DNA of 64,000 nt from Phoronis australis (Eukaryota > Animalia > Phoronida). This document shows positions 37,001 through 47,324 of the stretch, in pieces. The translations under genes were made by a program, and so were the position numbers. The notes below the pieces were generated by a model. The model was not told the origin of the DNA. It ran no database searches and saw only the letters and a list, made by a program, of their open reading frames with translations. How positions within the stretch are numbered: position 1 is the first letter of the stretch; each line of letters starts with the position of its first letter. The DNA lies in the NCBI GenBank assembly GCA_002633005.1, contig NMRA01000049.1, positions 573,189-637,188 on the forward strand. Reading direction: 5' to 3'.

Positions 37001-40000
37001 CACTCTTGGCTATTGGCAGTATTGGCCAGTAGGAGATGGACGCTAAGCCTATGCCTTACAGTCTCAGCCTTGTAGGAAACTTCCTCATTACTCACAGTGT
37101 TTGCCTGGGCAGTATCAGCCAATTGGAGACTGACACAAATTCTATATGTGAGGGTAGTTTTAACCAATAGAACACTTCCACATAATATCAGTGTTGATCC
37201 AGGCTGTCTTGACAAATGGGGGGCAGCCTTAATCTCCAATTCATGTGTTATCACATAATAAGAGATTGGAAAAATAACATTTACTATATGAAACAAATAG
37301 GGCCTGCTATAGCAAATCAGATCTTCGACATGTGTGGGTAATTAAAAGCTTTGTAGATTTAGACTTGAGTGTTACTGCACAGCACAGACTGCTGTGCAGA
37401 CCGCCCCCTTTAGTCTGTTGTTAACTTCCTGTTCTGGTTTAATCAACTGTTTGCTTGCAGTCATTCAATTTGGCTTCGTCACCATTTTCGTCGCCGCCTT
37501 TCCATTGGCTCCATTGTGCGCCTTGATTAACAACTTCATTGAAATCCGATTGGACGCCTACAAGTTTGTGTGCGTGTGGCGACGACCAATGGCGGCGAGA
37601 GCTCAGGACATTGGTAAGTTCAGTTTCGCACAGAATATGCATGTATTAGTAATAAATATAGGGTGTCTTAAAAATTCGGTTCCCGCGGATTGGGCCTACT
37701 GTATGTTTACACCTTGCTATGAAAGTAGGCGTGAGTTGATACATGCTCTGTTTACACAGTAATGGCCAACAAACAACTCGGAAAATTGATCGCGCAATTC
37801 AGCTGTAAACTCAGATACGTCAAAATACATTTATTATGGTTTAAGGAATTGGTTCCTTTTTGATCACCTATTGATGAAATTAAACCAGTAATCTTGTTCC
37901 TAAGTTAATACGCAATGCAGTTATTATCATTTGAAGTGTGGGTACTTTTTTCAAGACACCCTGTGTATCGTATTAATGTGGAAACTTTTGCTGGATATCT
38001 GAAGCTTACTGAGTCCTCTTCATTCCTACAGTGTCTTACACACTCGTCTGGGTTAACCTTCGTGTTCAACTTACACGCCCGCCCCAAATTTTAACTTTGT
38101 TGGAGTCGTGCTCAGCATGATTCCCTTCTCCTAATTTTTGAGTTTCCCAAGTCGAACACCCTGGGCATTAGTCTGGATGAGACAGGTAGTACGTTGCGCG
38201 TCAGTGGTTGTTCACACTGCTCCATCACCTGGGACAGCCAATAACAAGGCACCGACTATGTATTGTTCTGCATGCTATGTCTTCCAAAATGGCAGGGTGG
38301 TCTAATTAGTCATTCATAAGTCACCATCTACACTCAACAATCTTTAAGATGTTGCACAGTCATTTGCTATCTAGTAACGGCGATTCTGCATGAATTTTTG
38401 AGACTCCATCTACAGGCAACTCCATGTTTGAACTTAATATTCTTAAACCGGACGATCGCCGCTCAAATAAAAAAGTTCATTTAGGACAACAAGTGCCAAC
38501 ATACAGCTCAGGTAACATCCATAGAGTGAAGTGAAAGATACATAGAATACTCTATGGATGTTACCTGAGCTGTATGTTGGCACTTGTTGTTTTAAATTGT
38601 TGTAAATATGATCCCGATGATGTCTATTGAAAAGACGAAACATTGAATTGAACATAAACTTTTTTACTTGTGCGGCGATCGTCCGGTTTTTGATCTTATT
38701 GTGGCCAAAAACTGATTTAATTTATATTGTTAGTGACTGAAATATTGTGTACGCATCTTCACTGCCTATTTTCAGGTGTCTGGTTCTACATTATAAAGAC
38801 CATTGCTAGAATTGCTACTCTGACGAATGTAAGTTTTCATCCTCTTCATTTTGGAATTAGGGATTCAACAAAAATGTGTTCATTATGGTGCTGTCTCTGT
38901 CCCCCGATTATCTGTGTGCAACTACTGTCAGTCAGTTGTAAGGACTGGGGCCATTTAAAGGCAAGAAGTTCACGCTGAAAATGAGCCATCGTTGAACTGT
39001 AGTTCATCACAGTTTCATAAAGGGGACATGGGAAACTGGAAGGTTCAGCCAAAATATGGCATAGCAGTAACTTCTGGTTTTTTAAGGCGACATTGATAAA
39101 AGTTCCATAGCTTTGGAAATCGCTGCAATTCGTAGCAGATGTAAATGATTCTTCTGTTGTTAGAAGTCATTCCTTACGCTGCCTATTTCCGAGATTTTGC
39201 CTTGCAAAATGGTCGCTGCTTTCTGAATGAGTAGCTGATTGTCAAATATTTGACCTTGAATTGACCTTGAGACTGTCTGTTGCAGGGGTTTATTCTGGCT
39301 TTCACCTCGGACTTTGTACCCAAGCTGGTCTATAAGTACTTCTACAGTGACAATGAAACGACCGAGGGCTATGTAGCCTGGTCCTTGTCCTCCTTCAATA
39401 CATCAGACTTTGAAGCTCGCAGCGTGCCGCAGGGTGTATGGAATGTCACAGAATGCAAGTACGTTCTTTGTTTTCAAAGTCCTGGATGTGTGAGTTCATG
39501 AGAAACCGTGAAAAGATCTGGTTTGTGAAACACTTCGACTCATTTCACCTGCAAGGGCAGGGTACAAGGTCACATGTTATCAGAGGTTATACAACAAAAT
39601 GTAGCGATTAACTCTCAACTGATACACTGTTCATTGTGGTAGATTATGATGACGGTTTCCTTGTGGGAATACTGACTAGTGTCTCAGTTCCATTTTTATG
39701 AAAACTAGAAGTGTCATGTTAGTTTTCGCAAGCCTGTAAGCATCTTAGCTGCTACTGAGAACACGACCTCTTTAGGATCTCCTAAGCTGTATTTAAAGTC
39801 GTGACATAACTCATTCTACTTTGGTAAGGTGTTCTGATTCCATGCATTTTTATTGTTCTTCAGTTGACATGCATTGGTATATAGATCTGTGCACGTTTGT
39901 AAGACATGTGTTATGTTATGTGGCAAATTTGACGTTTGTTTTCAGTTTGCATAGCTTTATGTGTCCCAGTGGAAAAGAATTCAGTTGACTTTGAAAAAAA

Positions 40001-42158
40001 CTTAAACTCCCTTACAGCACGATTTTGGTCAAATGGAAATGACAAACAACAAACTGGAATAAATCGAGTTAGCATTGATGAATGTTCCCAATAAAGTCAA
40101 TCAATAAACTCCATCTGGCCATTGTTTTAACAAACATGAACTAACAGATTTTCAAAGATGGAATTGCACGGAGCTTTTTAAAGCTCAAATCATTAAGAGG
40201 GTTTGAGAATGTTGAACCTACCCGTTTTCGTTCACGGTTATCATGTCATCAACATGCCAATGTGTCATCACTCTTTCAGGTACCGTGATTTCCGAGAAAG
40301 TCAAGATGAAGGCTACACGTGGTCTCTGGCTTACTGGCACGTGTTGGCTGCGCGCCTGGCCTTTATTGTTGTTTTTGAGGTAAGTAGGCGCTTGTCCTCT
40401 TGAAATACCCTTTAGTCATTGTGTTTGTTTTCAGGCAGAAACTAAAGAAGCAGGACAGTTGCCCTGATGTATGTTGCTTCACTACTGTTGCACACGTCCA
40501 GAGCCCTCATTCATCCGAGGGAAAAGGTGCTTGTCCCTTCTGAGGGAAATTTTTTGGGGTGAAGGGAAGATTCTGCCTCCCGATCGCCATCAGTAGCACC
40601 CCCTCCCACCCCGTTGCAAGCCCTCATAGGCTTTGTCTCAAGTAGCCAAAACTAACATTTTGCTCTCTTTCTAATTGTCAGTTATGTGAGTTACAAGTGA
40701 TTCGAACATCAGGGGAATTTTTCATCATTTGGGGGAATTTTTGGGCCTCATGGGATGGAACCTTTTTCAAACGGGAGTAGGGCTGATAATTGGGATTGAG
40801 GGCCCTGACGTCATTCATGACAGCGTGGGCTCAGGACCACCAAAGTTTACTCAGTCCCTTACCCAGATTTTGTAATTTCTTATGTCTTGGAGAACACCAA
40901 ATATACTAAATCAATTAAAAGTACTCATTGAGCAATTTTGTTTTCCGATTAGTACTCCAGAAAGCTTGACCACCAATAATTTTAATTTTGAATAAATGTT
41001 CATAGCTGGCACCATTACATAGTTTGGGGGATAGATTAATTATCTATAGGCGACCTGTTTGTGTTTGTGGACCTAGCTTTCGATCCCGTCGTGGGCCCTT
41101 TGTCGATGTACTGGTGGGTACTCTTTCAGCGGTTCTTCAACTCTATGTGGTGGCTGTTGCTTGCGCGTAGGTGCTGGTAATTACCTGGTAATTCATATCC
41201 ACTGTCTCTGTTTAATTTTAGTCTATTGCCCATGATTTTGACTGCTGCTCTAATTTTACGATTCCAATATTTATTTTCTGTAGATAATATTTTGACTATA
41301 AGCTTGCGAATGTTGTGCAAAATATCCATACATTGTTCTACAACCGTTGGGTTGTTGCTTTAGTGTGGTGCTTAGAGTCTTGGTAATTTATGGATATGAG
41401 TAAAGTTTGTTGGCCACGGGCCTATTTGAAATAAATAATGTTGAAATACATAAGATAACCGGTGATTTGAATTTTCATAACAAATAGTTCCTTTCAGATA
41501 TTGTAGTAAGCCGATCGTACTGAGCGTCTCTGCCTTTTAGATATGATAAAGGATATTATCCCTGTGTGTCAGTGACTGAGGTACCTTTGGTAAATCAAAA
41601 GCACCATGTGGCTGTGTCTTTAATGTGCCGTAATGTGTTAGCTGTGTCGACATACTAACTTCCCCTGGCAATAGTCATTCACAGAGTCCTGCATTCTGAG
41701 AACCAGTTTGAACCAATAGAGAAAACTGGTTCTCAAAGTGCAGGACCCCTGTAATGACTATTTATCCAGCTATCCTTGTCTACATTTATGGAATAGGTGT
41801 CGCACATAATAGCCTCAGGGAATGCAAAAGTCAGATATAACATGCCCACATTATGATAACCAGTTTGCCGCGTGTTATTCAGTGGAAAAAACTATTTTTC
41901 AAAATGGGGACTCCTGTAAGAGAATATTACCCAGCCTCCCCGTCCCCGGCTACATTAGTCCAATTGCCCTCTGCTTTTCAGCACTTCATCCTCTTCCTGA
42001 CGTGGATCGTGGCTTACCTCGTGCCTGATATGCCGGCAGACGTCAAAGTTCTTGAGCTGCGGGAGAACTTCCTGGCCAAGAACGCCCTCTATGACGCAGA
42101 GGTAGTCAAGGCGAATCGGGCCAAGTCTTCACACAGTGACAATTCTGATACTGTTTAG
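967..42158 (+). CDS. ANO: Anoctamin/TMEM16 family gene (Ca2+-activated scramblase/channel), multi-exon span; 5' end probably upstream of the window
   Basis: Spliced exons give [112 protein letters not shown] and [11 protein letters not shown]. All junction phases are consistent. Paralogue identity cannot be assigned by eye. Confidence 0.97.
2912..2970 (+). CDS. Candidate alternative N-terminal exon, 59 nt, phase 1-0 ([20 protein letters not shown])
   Basis: ctaac branch site 2893-2897, aag| acceptor, donor TTG|gtagga; same phases as and weak similarity to 4204-4250. Confidence 0.5.
3438..3651. mobile_element. Small MITE-like element (gtacggtaaa...ttttaccgtac ends); related 3' part at ~1830-1900
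   Basis: Short terminal inverted repeat plus dispersed similarity. Confidence 0.5.
3941..5368. repeat. Near-identical ~715-bp direct duplication joined by a single n at 4656 (likely haplotype/assembly artefact)
   Basis: 3941-4655 vs 4657-5368 differ only by a few SNPs and an indel. Confidence 0.9.
4204..4250 (+). CDS. N-terminal exon, 47 nt, phase 1-0 ([16 protein letters not shown]); NAGNAG acceptor; identical copy at 4920-4966
   Basis: cctttcatttcag|CAG...GAAGAG|gtttgt; contains an in-frame ATG. Confidence 0.65.
5346..5892. mobile_element. MITE with ~35-bp terminal inverted repeats
   Basis: gaagcgtgttcaatagagtgagcgcccgcgagcg vs cgctagcgggcgctcactctgttgaacacacttc. Confidence 0.8.
7316..7327 (+). 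CDS. Candidate 12-nt microexon (NTSK), phase 0-0
   Basis: ctgac branch site, pyrimidine tract, aag|AACACGTCAAAG|gtaagt (consensus donor). Confidence 0.6.
8845..9012 (+). CDS. ANO: Anoctamin exon ([19 protein letters not shown]...EDKA)
   Basis: tttcag|...|gtgagt; conserved anoctamin N-terminal domain motif. Confidence 0.95.
9987..10085 (+). CDS. ANO: Anoctamin exon ([16 protein letters not shown]...KMPMK)
   Basis: ttctag|...|gtttgt; FVKIHAPW motif. Confidence 0.95.
10605..10747 (+). CDS. ANO: Anoctamin exon (INDVDED...[14 protein letters not shown])
   Basis: cttag|...|gtcagt; phase 0-2 fits neighbours. Confidence 0.9.
11299..11508. mobile_element. Degenerate palindromic MITE
   Basis: ccagtttaactggctaaaa...accaatttggt mirrored by accaaatt...ttttaagccatctaaactgg. 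Confidence 0.55.
13783..13892 (+). CDS. ANO: Anoctamin exon ([20 protein letters not shown]...KF)
   Basis: tttag|...|gtacgt. Confidence 0.95.
15304..15416 (+). CDS. ANO: Anoctamin exon ([20 protein letters not shown]...DRH)
   Basis: cccag|...|gtgagt. Confidence 0.95.
15779..15843 (+). CDS. ANO: Anoctamin exon ([22 protein letters not shown])
   Basis: ttacag|...|gtattt. Confidence 0.95.
16667..16801 (+). CDS. ANO: Anoctamin exon, TM1 ([18 protein letters not shown]...)
   Basis: ttacag|...|gtaagt. Confidence 0.96.
17750..18341. repeat. ~72-74-bp minisatellite, ~8 copies, abutting the acceptor at 18345
   Basis: Repeating ttatgtttagactggtgcaggataatgcattcagttgtcagactg. Confidence 0.95.
18346..18521 (+). 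CDS. ANO: Anoctamin exon, Cys-rich extracellular loop and TM2 (EICD...[12 protein letters not shown]...FDN...MSLW)
   Basis: tccag|...|gtaagt. Confidence 0.95.
19441..19523 (+). CDS. ANO: Anoctamin exon ([12 protein letters not shown]...EEEE); second copy at 22052-22134
   Basis: tttcag|...|gtaaag. Confidence 0.93.
20341..20478 (+). CDS. ANO: Anoctamin exon (QNIRPEFE...NPVTQEYEP...ILFM); second copy at 22930-23067
   Basis: tttcag|...|gtaaga. Confidence 0.93.
21529..21783. repeat. 40-bp VNTR, >=6 copies (about one copy at ~19128-19173)
   Basis: caagatttgtttcatcctcattgtcataatctgccaatgg unit. Confidence 0.95.
24265..24429 (+). CDS. ANO: Anoctamin exon, TM3-TM4 ([15 protein letters not shown]...IITILNK)
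   Basis: tttcag|...|gtaaga; extra in-frame donors after 24462 and 24537. Confidence 0.94.
24972..25008 (+). CDS. ANO: Anoctamin exon ([12 protein letters not shown])
   Basis: tttcag|...|gtgagt. Confidence 0.93.
25038..25274. repeat. 16-bp minisatellite with two interspersed unit variants
   Basis: gcaacctgtctgccat / ggagcctggctgccat, ~15 copies. Confidence 0.95.
26237..26348 (+). CDS. ANO: Anoctamin exon, TM5 ([26 protein letters not shown]...FFKGR), ends phase 2
   Basis: ctgcag|...|gtagga. Confidence 0.96.
26755..26809 (+). CDS. ANO: Mutually exclusive loop exon A ((R)[18 protein letters not shown])
   Basis: caacag|...GAG|gtatta; 55 nt, phase 2-0; homologous to TMEM16 RFVGRPGDY...FRMEE. 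Confidence 0.88.
27276..27339 (+). CDS. ANO: Mutually exclusive loop exon B ((R)[21 protein letters not shown])
   Basis: tttcag|...TCG|gtgaca; 64 nt, phase 2-0; keeps the GxP...Y...E pattern; most divergent variant. Confidence 0.7.
29599..29656 (+). CDS. ANO: Mutually exclusive loop exon C ((R)[19 protein letters not shown])
   Basis: cacttag|...GAG|gtgcct; 58 nt, phase 2-0. Confidence 0.9.
29814..30202. mobile_element. MITE with ~60-bp imperfect TIRs, between exons C and D
   Basis: atgaaacagtcccaaatagggactc...tactgcgtattt vs aaatacgcagta...gagtcccaatttgggactgtttcat. Confidence 0.8.
31571..31628 (+). CDS. ANO: Mutually exclusive loop exon D ((R)[19 protein letters not shown])
   Basis: cactag|...GAG|gtttga; 58 nt, phase 2-0. 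Confidence 0.9.
32676..32730 (+). CDS. ANO: Mutually exclusive loop exon E ((R)[18 protein letters not shown])
   Basis: cttcag|...GAG|gtttgc; 55 nt, phase 2-0. Confidence 0.92.
32753..33265. mobile_element. Probable MITE 22 nt downstream of exon E
   Basis: cttagagggtggcaca vs tgtgccaccccctgag. Confidence 0.55.
34578..34675 (+). CDS. ANO: Anoctamin exon, TM6 ([14 protein letters not shown]...NNFKELFIP), starts phase 0
   Basis: ttttag|...|gtaagt. Confidence 0.96.
35780..35913 (+). CDS. ANO: Anoctamin exon (WILKC...RWEQDFDL...LFEEYLEM)
   Basis: caatag|...|gtaagt; Ca2+-site EYLE. Confidence 0.96.
37461..37613 (+). CDS. ANO: Anoctamin exon, TM7-TM8 ([18 protein letters not shown]...EIRLDA...AQDIG)
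   Basis: ttgcag|...|gtaagt. Confidence 0.97.
38445..38689. mobile_element. Foldback/palindromic MITE
   Basis: aaaccggacgatcgccgc termini plus an internal ~42-bp perfect inverted repeat. Confidence 0.85.
38776..38828 (+). CDS. ANO: Anoctamin exon ([18 protein letters not shown])
   Basis: tttcag|...|gtaagt. Confidence 0.94.
39286..39458 (+). CDS. ANO: Anoctamin exon ([16 protein letters not shown]...NVTECK)
   Basis: ttgcag|...|gtacgt. Confidence 0.95.
40280..40379 (+). CDS. ANO: Anoctamin exon (YRDFRE...[16 protein letters not shown])
   Basis: tttcag|...|gtaagt. Confidence 0.96.
40499..40807. mobile_element. MITE with cagagccctca/tgagggccctg TIR and 5-bp TSD ACGTC
   Basis: ACGTC at 40494-40498 and 40808-40812. 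Confidence 0.7.
41126..41340 (-). mobile_element. Penelope-like retroelement fragment (GIY-YIG endonuclease C-terminus)
   Basis: [19 protein letters not shown]...[10 protein letters not shown] matches the PLE IL..E....RK..EA..I....LNRD.G..L pattern. Confidence 0.7.
41982..42158 (+). CDS. ANO: Anoctamin terminal coding exon ([18 protein letters not shown]...DTV*)
   Basis: tttcag| acceptor, TAG stop; AATAAA near 43034 is a possible polyA signal. Confidence 0.95.
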   Translation, partial: HFILFLTWIVAYLVPDMPADVKVLELRENFLAKNALYDAEVVKANRAKSSHSDNSDTV

Positions 42159-43618
42159 TTGGGCAATGGTGTCGGGGGACGGAGTTGTTTCAACAGGTGT
42201 TACGACATGTAGATGGTATCCAGAAATGATCTATCATATAACTCACAACATACAGCGCCATCTACTTGGCTACAACTTAATTGCTGTACCGATGTATTTT
42301 AGGGAGAAATTTGCTGTCCCTATGAGGACAATGTCAATATGTGGTGTATTCCTTCTTTTGTGATGTGTTTGTGTGAGATTCTGATTAGCAGATGCTTTGC
42401 ACCGTAACCCAAGGTGTGTTCAGCTTCTTGTGAATTTGGTGAGATCACGCAAGTCTTTACGTGATATCATCAAGCATTACATGTAAAGTACGTAATCTCG
42501 CTAAGTTCCACCTACGAGAAAGAAGCGTTACTGAGCACACTCCTAATATCATTGAACACTAATTTGCTCTACTGATGGTTCAAAGTGGAAAAAGCCTATG
42601 GTGAAGGTGCTGAAATTGCGCACTTACGATAGAGTTTTACAATGATTTTAAAGTGTATCAGCTTCGTGTATGATTTTGAATGACCGAAGTAAAATTCTGG
42701 CATTCGCAATTCATTTTACCTTTGGTAATTGTCTGTGGTTTGTTGTCACTGTGTGGTGTAGTTTGTTTAATCGAGGAATTAATTAAATAATTTATAAATA
42801 ATCTTCATGATTGTGTCAACAAACACGGCATCCAAATGTAGTTTCCTTGAGTAGGATGTCTCCTATTGTTGGCTTTGCTTGTTGAGCGTAGTTGTTAGAA
42901 GTGAAGCGTTGATACTGATCTTTTTTGAGGAGCCGTACTAGGATATGGAGTTGCGATTTTTATCCATTTATAATCTTCAGGTTGCTTTTAAACTATTTTT
43001 TATTTTTAATTATTAGTAAGTCCAGAAAGCCGTAATAAATATTTCTTTTTGTGACAAATCACTCGATGTAATTAGCATGGTTAAATTAAGGTGAGAATCT
43101 TACTATGAATTATTTTTTATTGTTTTGAAGTACAAAAAGTCATAGCAATAGATTCTTTAACTCGCTATGCACTGAATGTATTTAGCTGGGTTAAATTAAG
43201 ATGGAAACAAACAGTGTAGAAGTCTTGTCCTCGTTGTTTCTTAGTAAAACAATGGCTCCTCAGTTTGCCATTCTTTGACTGCGCCATGTAGAAATGCTTT
43301 AGATGCTTGCTGACTTAGTAGATTAGTAAGAGGTTTTCAAACTTGGTCCAGGTATTTAAAGGTTGACTGGGATTACTTGAATGTGCAGTATCTTGTTTCA
43401 AATGATATAAGTAGTGACTTGTGTATGTGGGTGTCTAAATCTGGATAGATTTTCTTTGGTAGTAAGTGCTGTAATGTTTAGTTATCTCAAAATTCTAATC
43501 TGAAAGAATTCACCCTGTCGAAAAATTAGCCAGTTAATTTGTATTTTTTACAATTCGTATCTGCATGAATTTTTGTAGCATACATATGTCCGAAGTGTTT
43601 ATTTGTATTTTATACAGG

Positions 43619-43780
43619 AAGCGAGTAGAATTTAAGTTTTTATCTAAAGTGCTCACCACTGGTTTCTTATACAGAAAGCGATTAGAATTTAAGTTTTTAT
43701 CTAAAGTGCTCACCACTGGTTTCTTATACAGAAAGCGATTAGACTTAGTTCTTATCTAAAGTGCTCACCACTGGTTTCTT
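43619..43780. repeat. 57-bp tandem repeat, ~2.8 copies, downstream of the anoctamin stop
   Basis: tatctaaagtgctcaccactggtttctt x3. Confidence 0.9.
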
Positions 43781-45174
43781 GTCATTAAGCTATTTGCTTC
43801 CTATTTTAGGAATCAGTAAAGTAGAACTCAACAAGAAACATTGCCTTATTTTTGTATCCATGTATAAAGGAATGCTGGGTAACACTCTTAATACTAATTC
43901 TAGTGAATTTGACTGGTTGTGGCATTCACCTATCTCGCTGATGGCCGTAGACTTCTCCTAACTGGCAGCGTCAAGATCTGGTGACATGAGCCAGGTTCTA
44001 TAGGTAACCAACTTTCAATGACAGAACGGTGTCATCTTGTAATGACTAATTATTTATTTTTCTCAGGTAATTAGTGACGCTGCAGGTGGAAGTTATTATT
44101 GTTAAATGCCTTCTTCTTTTGACTTGCTTATGTCAAGAAAATTTTCTTCCAAATGCCCAATCCATTGACTGTGTAAAATGGGGATGCTAGGAGAACTTTA
44201 TAGCTGTTTTGATTTTACCGGTAGTTGGCTTTTATTCATGTACCTATGTCTGGGTTATGAATTGTCCTAGAATCTGTGTGTGATTAGTATATTTGAAATA
44301 TAGCAGACATTCGCGGTTTTACGGGTTCTCAAATGTAGTGCGCAGAGAACACAAGTGGTTCCCCCTTTCATGCCTCGTGGTACTCTAGAGACACCTGGGC
44401 TGCTCAGTTCAAGTCATTTGAAGAGTCCATAAAATGCTCAAACGGGTCACGCAGTCTTGATCACTTTTGGATTACTGCCGTTAGTAACGCTAGTCTGTAT
44501 TTTTGGTGAACTGTGTATCAAAAACTGTGTTCAGTTACTCAGGTGTCACTGGCCTGAACTTCTGTAAACATGAGTTAGAGGGTTGGGGACTCTGATAAAT
44601 GACTTGATCGTATTTGTGGTAACCCTTTGAGCCCCGTTTACTAATTTGTAGTCATTTGCACTAATTCGGTATTGCCTGTGTTTTACTCGTACATTGGATG
44701 TATTCATTATACTGTCTGGTTGATTGATTGTAAGTTTTGTAATTTGAAAAATATACTTCGTACCTACTTGCGTGATTTCCTTGAATCCTGGTGTACCCGT
44801 AGTCTTTGGCCACTTCGTATTCCTGTAATTTTTAAACGATACGTTGTTTTGAACTATTTTTCTGTTAGCCATTGACTTTTCAGATACGGTAAGTCAAAGA
44901 ACAGAAGACAAAACTGATTTGTTTTATTGCCGAATAGCCAACCGATTTCACTTTATTGTGCGTAACAAATTGCAACGTAGTTTGGTAGTACAACAGTTCA
45001 CACGCCAGCATATTAGAGAAACATGCCCTTCAGGCATCGTTTAAGAAAATTCGAGGACAGTTTTGTTTTACTGCTGTTTAGTTTTGACCTAGGCTGAAAC
45101 ACAAATGTTTTGAAACATGAAACAAAGGTGTGAATGCTTATTCCAAACTGATGTCCTTGTGATAACATTCAAAA

Positions 45175-45410
45175 TTAGACTCTAAACAGAATATTTCTAT
45201 GAGCCCTGGCTTCATTTTTGCCGCGGATGAAGGTTTTGACAGCGTTCTTGAGAGCAACGTAACGTTTGAACACAATATAACGTTTCGACCTCTCATAGCT
45301 GAACTTCAATCTTCCTAACAGTTCTTTAACTTCTTGATTGTAACCATTGGTTTCTCTGATCTTCTCGTTCAGGTAGCGATTTTCATCTCCTATTTCACTC
45401 AAACTCATGT
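45175..45410 (-). CDS. Probable terminal exon of an unknown minus-strand gene (DMSLSEIGDENRYLNEK...LFRV*)
   Basis: Strong acceptor (ttcttcatttacatttttttcag|), open 78-codon helical-looking frame, minus-strand AATAAA at ~44923 and ~44952. Confidence 0.6.
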
Positions 45411-45636
45411 CTGAAAAAAATGTAAATGAAGAAAACAGAATGCCGAGACCAGCTCACAAATGTGACTGAACTGACTTTTTAAAAGACAGACGAAAATTCA
45501 TGGTTCCAATCCCTGTGCAGAGAATGATGGGAAGTTTTTTCTCTCATCAGCGTCACGCGACTCATCTGCTGCCACGGCAGACCAGTTCGCGATTACCAAA
45601 ACTCATTCACTTCAGCTCTTGTTAGAAACAACTTCG

Positions 45637-46835
45637 TTATTACTCTGCGCGTGCACGCGCAGAGTACTGTTGTTCCTGGGTTTTCTTCAATTTTCTTCTT
45701 ATTCTTCTTCCGACCGACTTTGAGGCTTAAAAAATCCAAATTGGGTGCAACTACGTTCTTCAGATTTAAAATATAATTTTAGGCAGTATATAAATTTTGA
45801 TTCATTATATATTCATATTCCATAATGCGCCGGAAGAGGTCATTTGGTGCAAAAGTCATGTAATTTTCAAAATGCTACTCCTTCTTTATTTTAAAAGCCA
45901 TTCTTTTTAAATTCGGTACACAGGAATAAGTCAATAACGCAATTTAAAAAGTTACTTTTTTAAGTAATCGGGTCATTCAATCAGGCTAAATAGGTCAAAG
46001 GTCATTAGGTGCAAACTAAGATTTTGAGCTAGACACTTCAAATTCACAGTTCTGATTGGCACAGGTAATTTAATTCGGAATCCGAAGTTTCAGGTTACTT
46101 AGTGTACACATGGGGTCATTAGGTGCATTTTTCGTCTGAAGGTTTGACCTTTTCATTCACCAAGTATTCTGATTTGTCAACTGTAAGACAACTGTGATTC
46201 TCAGCATTAAACACATTTTTCATGGGCTTTGCAATAATTCTCCTAAAGACGCTTATAATGCACCGGATAGGGTCAATTAGTGCAAAGGTCATCTAACGTT
46301 CAAAATGTTATATCTTACGTTTTTCAAGGAATTCTTTTCAATTTCAGCACACTGGTGTAAGTCAACATGCCAATTGAACACCCTACTTTACTACGCAATA
46401 GGCGTAACCAATAAGAAAAAAATAGGTCAAAGGCCATTGAAAGCAAACTAAAAATTTGAGCTAGAGACTTCAATATTACATACCGGTATCTGTTTCCTAA
46501 ATGAGATTGAGCTTGAATTCTAAATTTTCAGGTCATTTGGTACACCCATGGTGTCATTAGGTGTATTTTTCTTCTGAAAGTTTGACCAATTCATTCATCT
46601 TGTATTCTGAAGTGCTTCACGTAAAACATCTGTGATTGTTAGCATTAACCACACTTTAAATCGAGTTTACAATTATTCCCTGATCGGGGTTCATAATGCA
46701 CCGGAAGAGGTCAATTAGTGGAAAGGTCATCAAAATATTAACATGTAATTTCTCCTACAATTTTAAAAAATTCCTGGTTGCTGTCAGTAACTTCCCAAAA
46801 CAATTCCAGTAATGCGCACGCGCAGAGTTCTAGTT
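45637..46835 (+). mobile_element. Helitron/Helentron-like non-autonomous element with ~435-bp internal tandem repeats
   Basis: 5' palindrome actctgcgcgtgcacgcgcagagt, (ttc)-rich tract, repeats starting ~45821/46254/46692, 3' subterminal IR gcacgcgcagagt followed by CTAGtt. Confidence 0.7.
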
Positions 46836-47021
46836 TGGAAAATCTTGTTTTAAGCCGAGATGCTCGTTCTCATGCATCAGTATATTATTAAAATCGCTCT
46901 TAAAGAGAGGTCCAAGGATAAGCATATTTAAATTGATTTGAGAAATCACATAAATCGTAGCCAAACCTCAGACAAACGCGGCAGCTCACCAGTCACTGAC
47001 ACTTGTTGCCTTCTGCTCCCC

Positions 47022-47245
47022 CAGTGGCGGATTTAGGGGGGGCAAGGGGCCCATGACCCCCTACCAGATACCATTTGGGAGTTCGGGTGCGAATTGCTGA
47101 CTAGCACACGCGCGCAACCAGGGGTTGAATAAACAATGCAAACAATGCATAGGCTCTGGACAAACCCTGTTTACCGTTTTTTAGTCAAATTCTGGTTATT
47201 TCTGTGCCCTGGCCCCACTAACTCAAAATCCTGGATCCGCCCCTG
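47022..47245. mobile_element. MITE (cagtggcggatttagg / cctggatccgcccctg); another end at ~55678-55699
   Basis: TIR plus a dispersed copy. Confidence 0.7.
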
Positions 47246-47324
47246 TCAACCCCCTCCCGCCCCAATAAACAAGCACCAGTGGCCTGTTTCTTGAAGAGAC
47301 CATTGAGATTTATCTTCACCTTAA

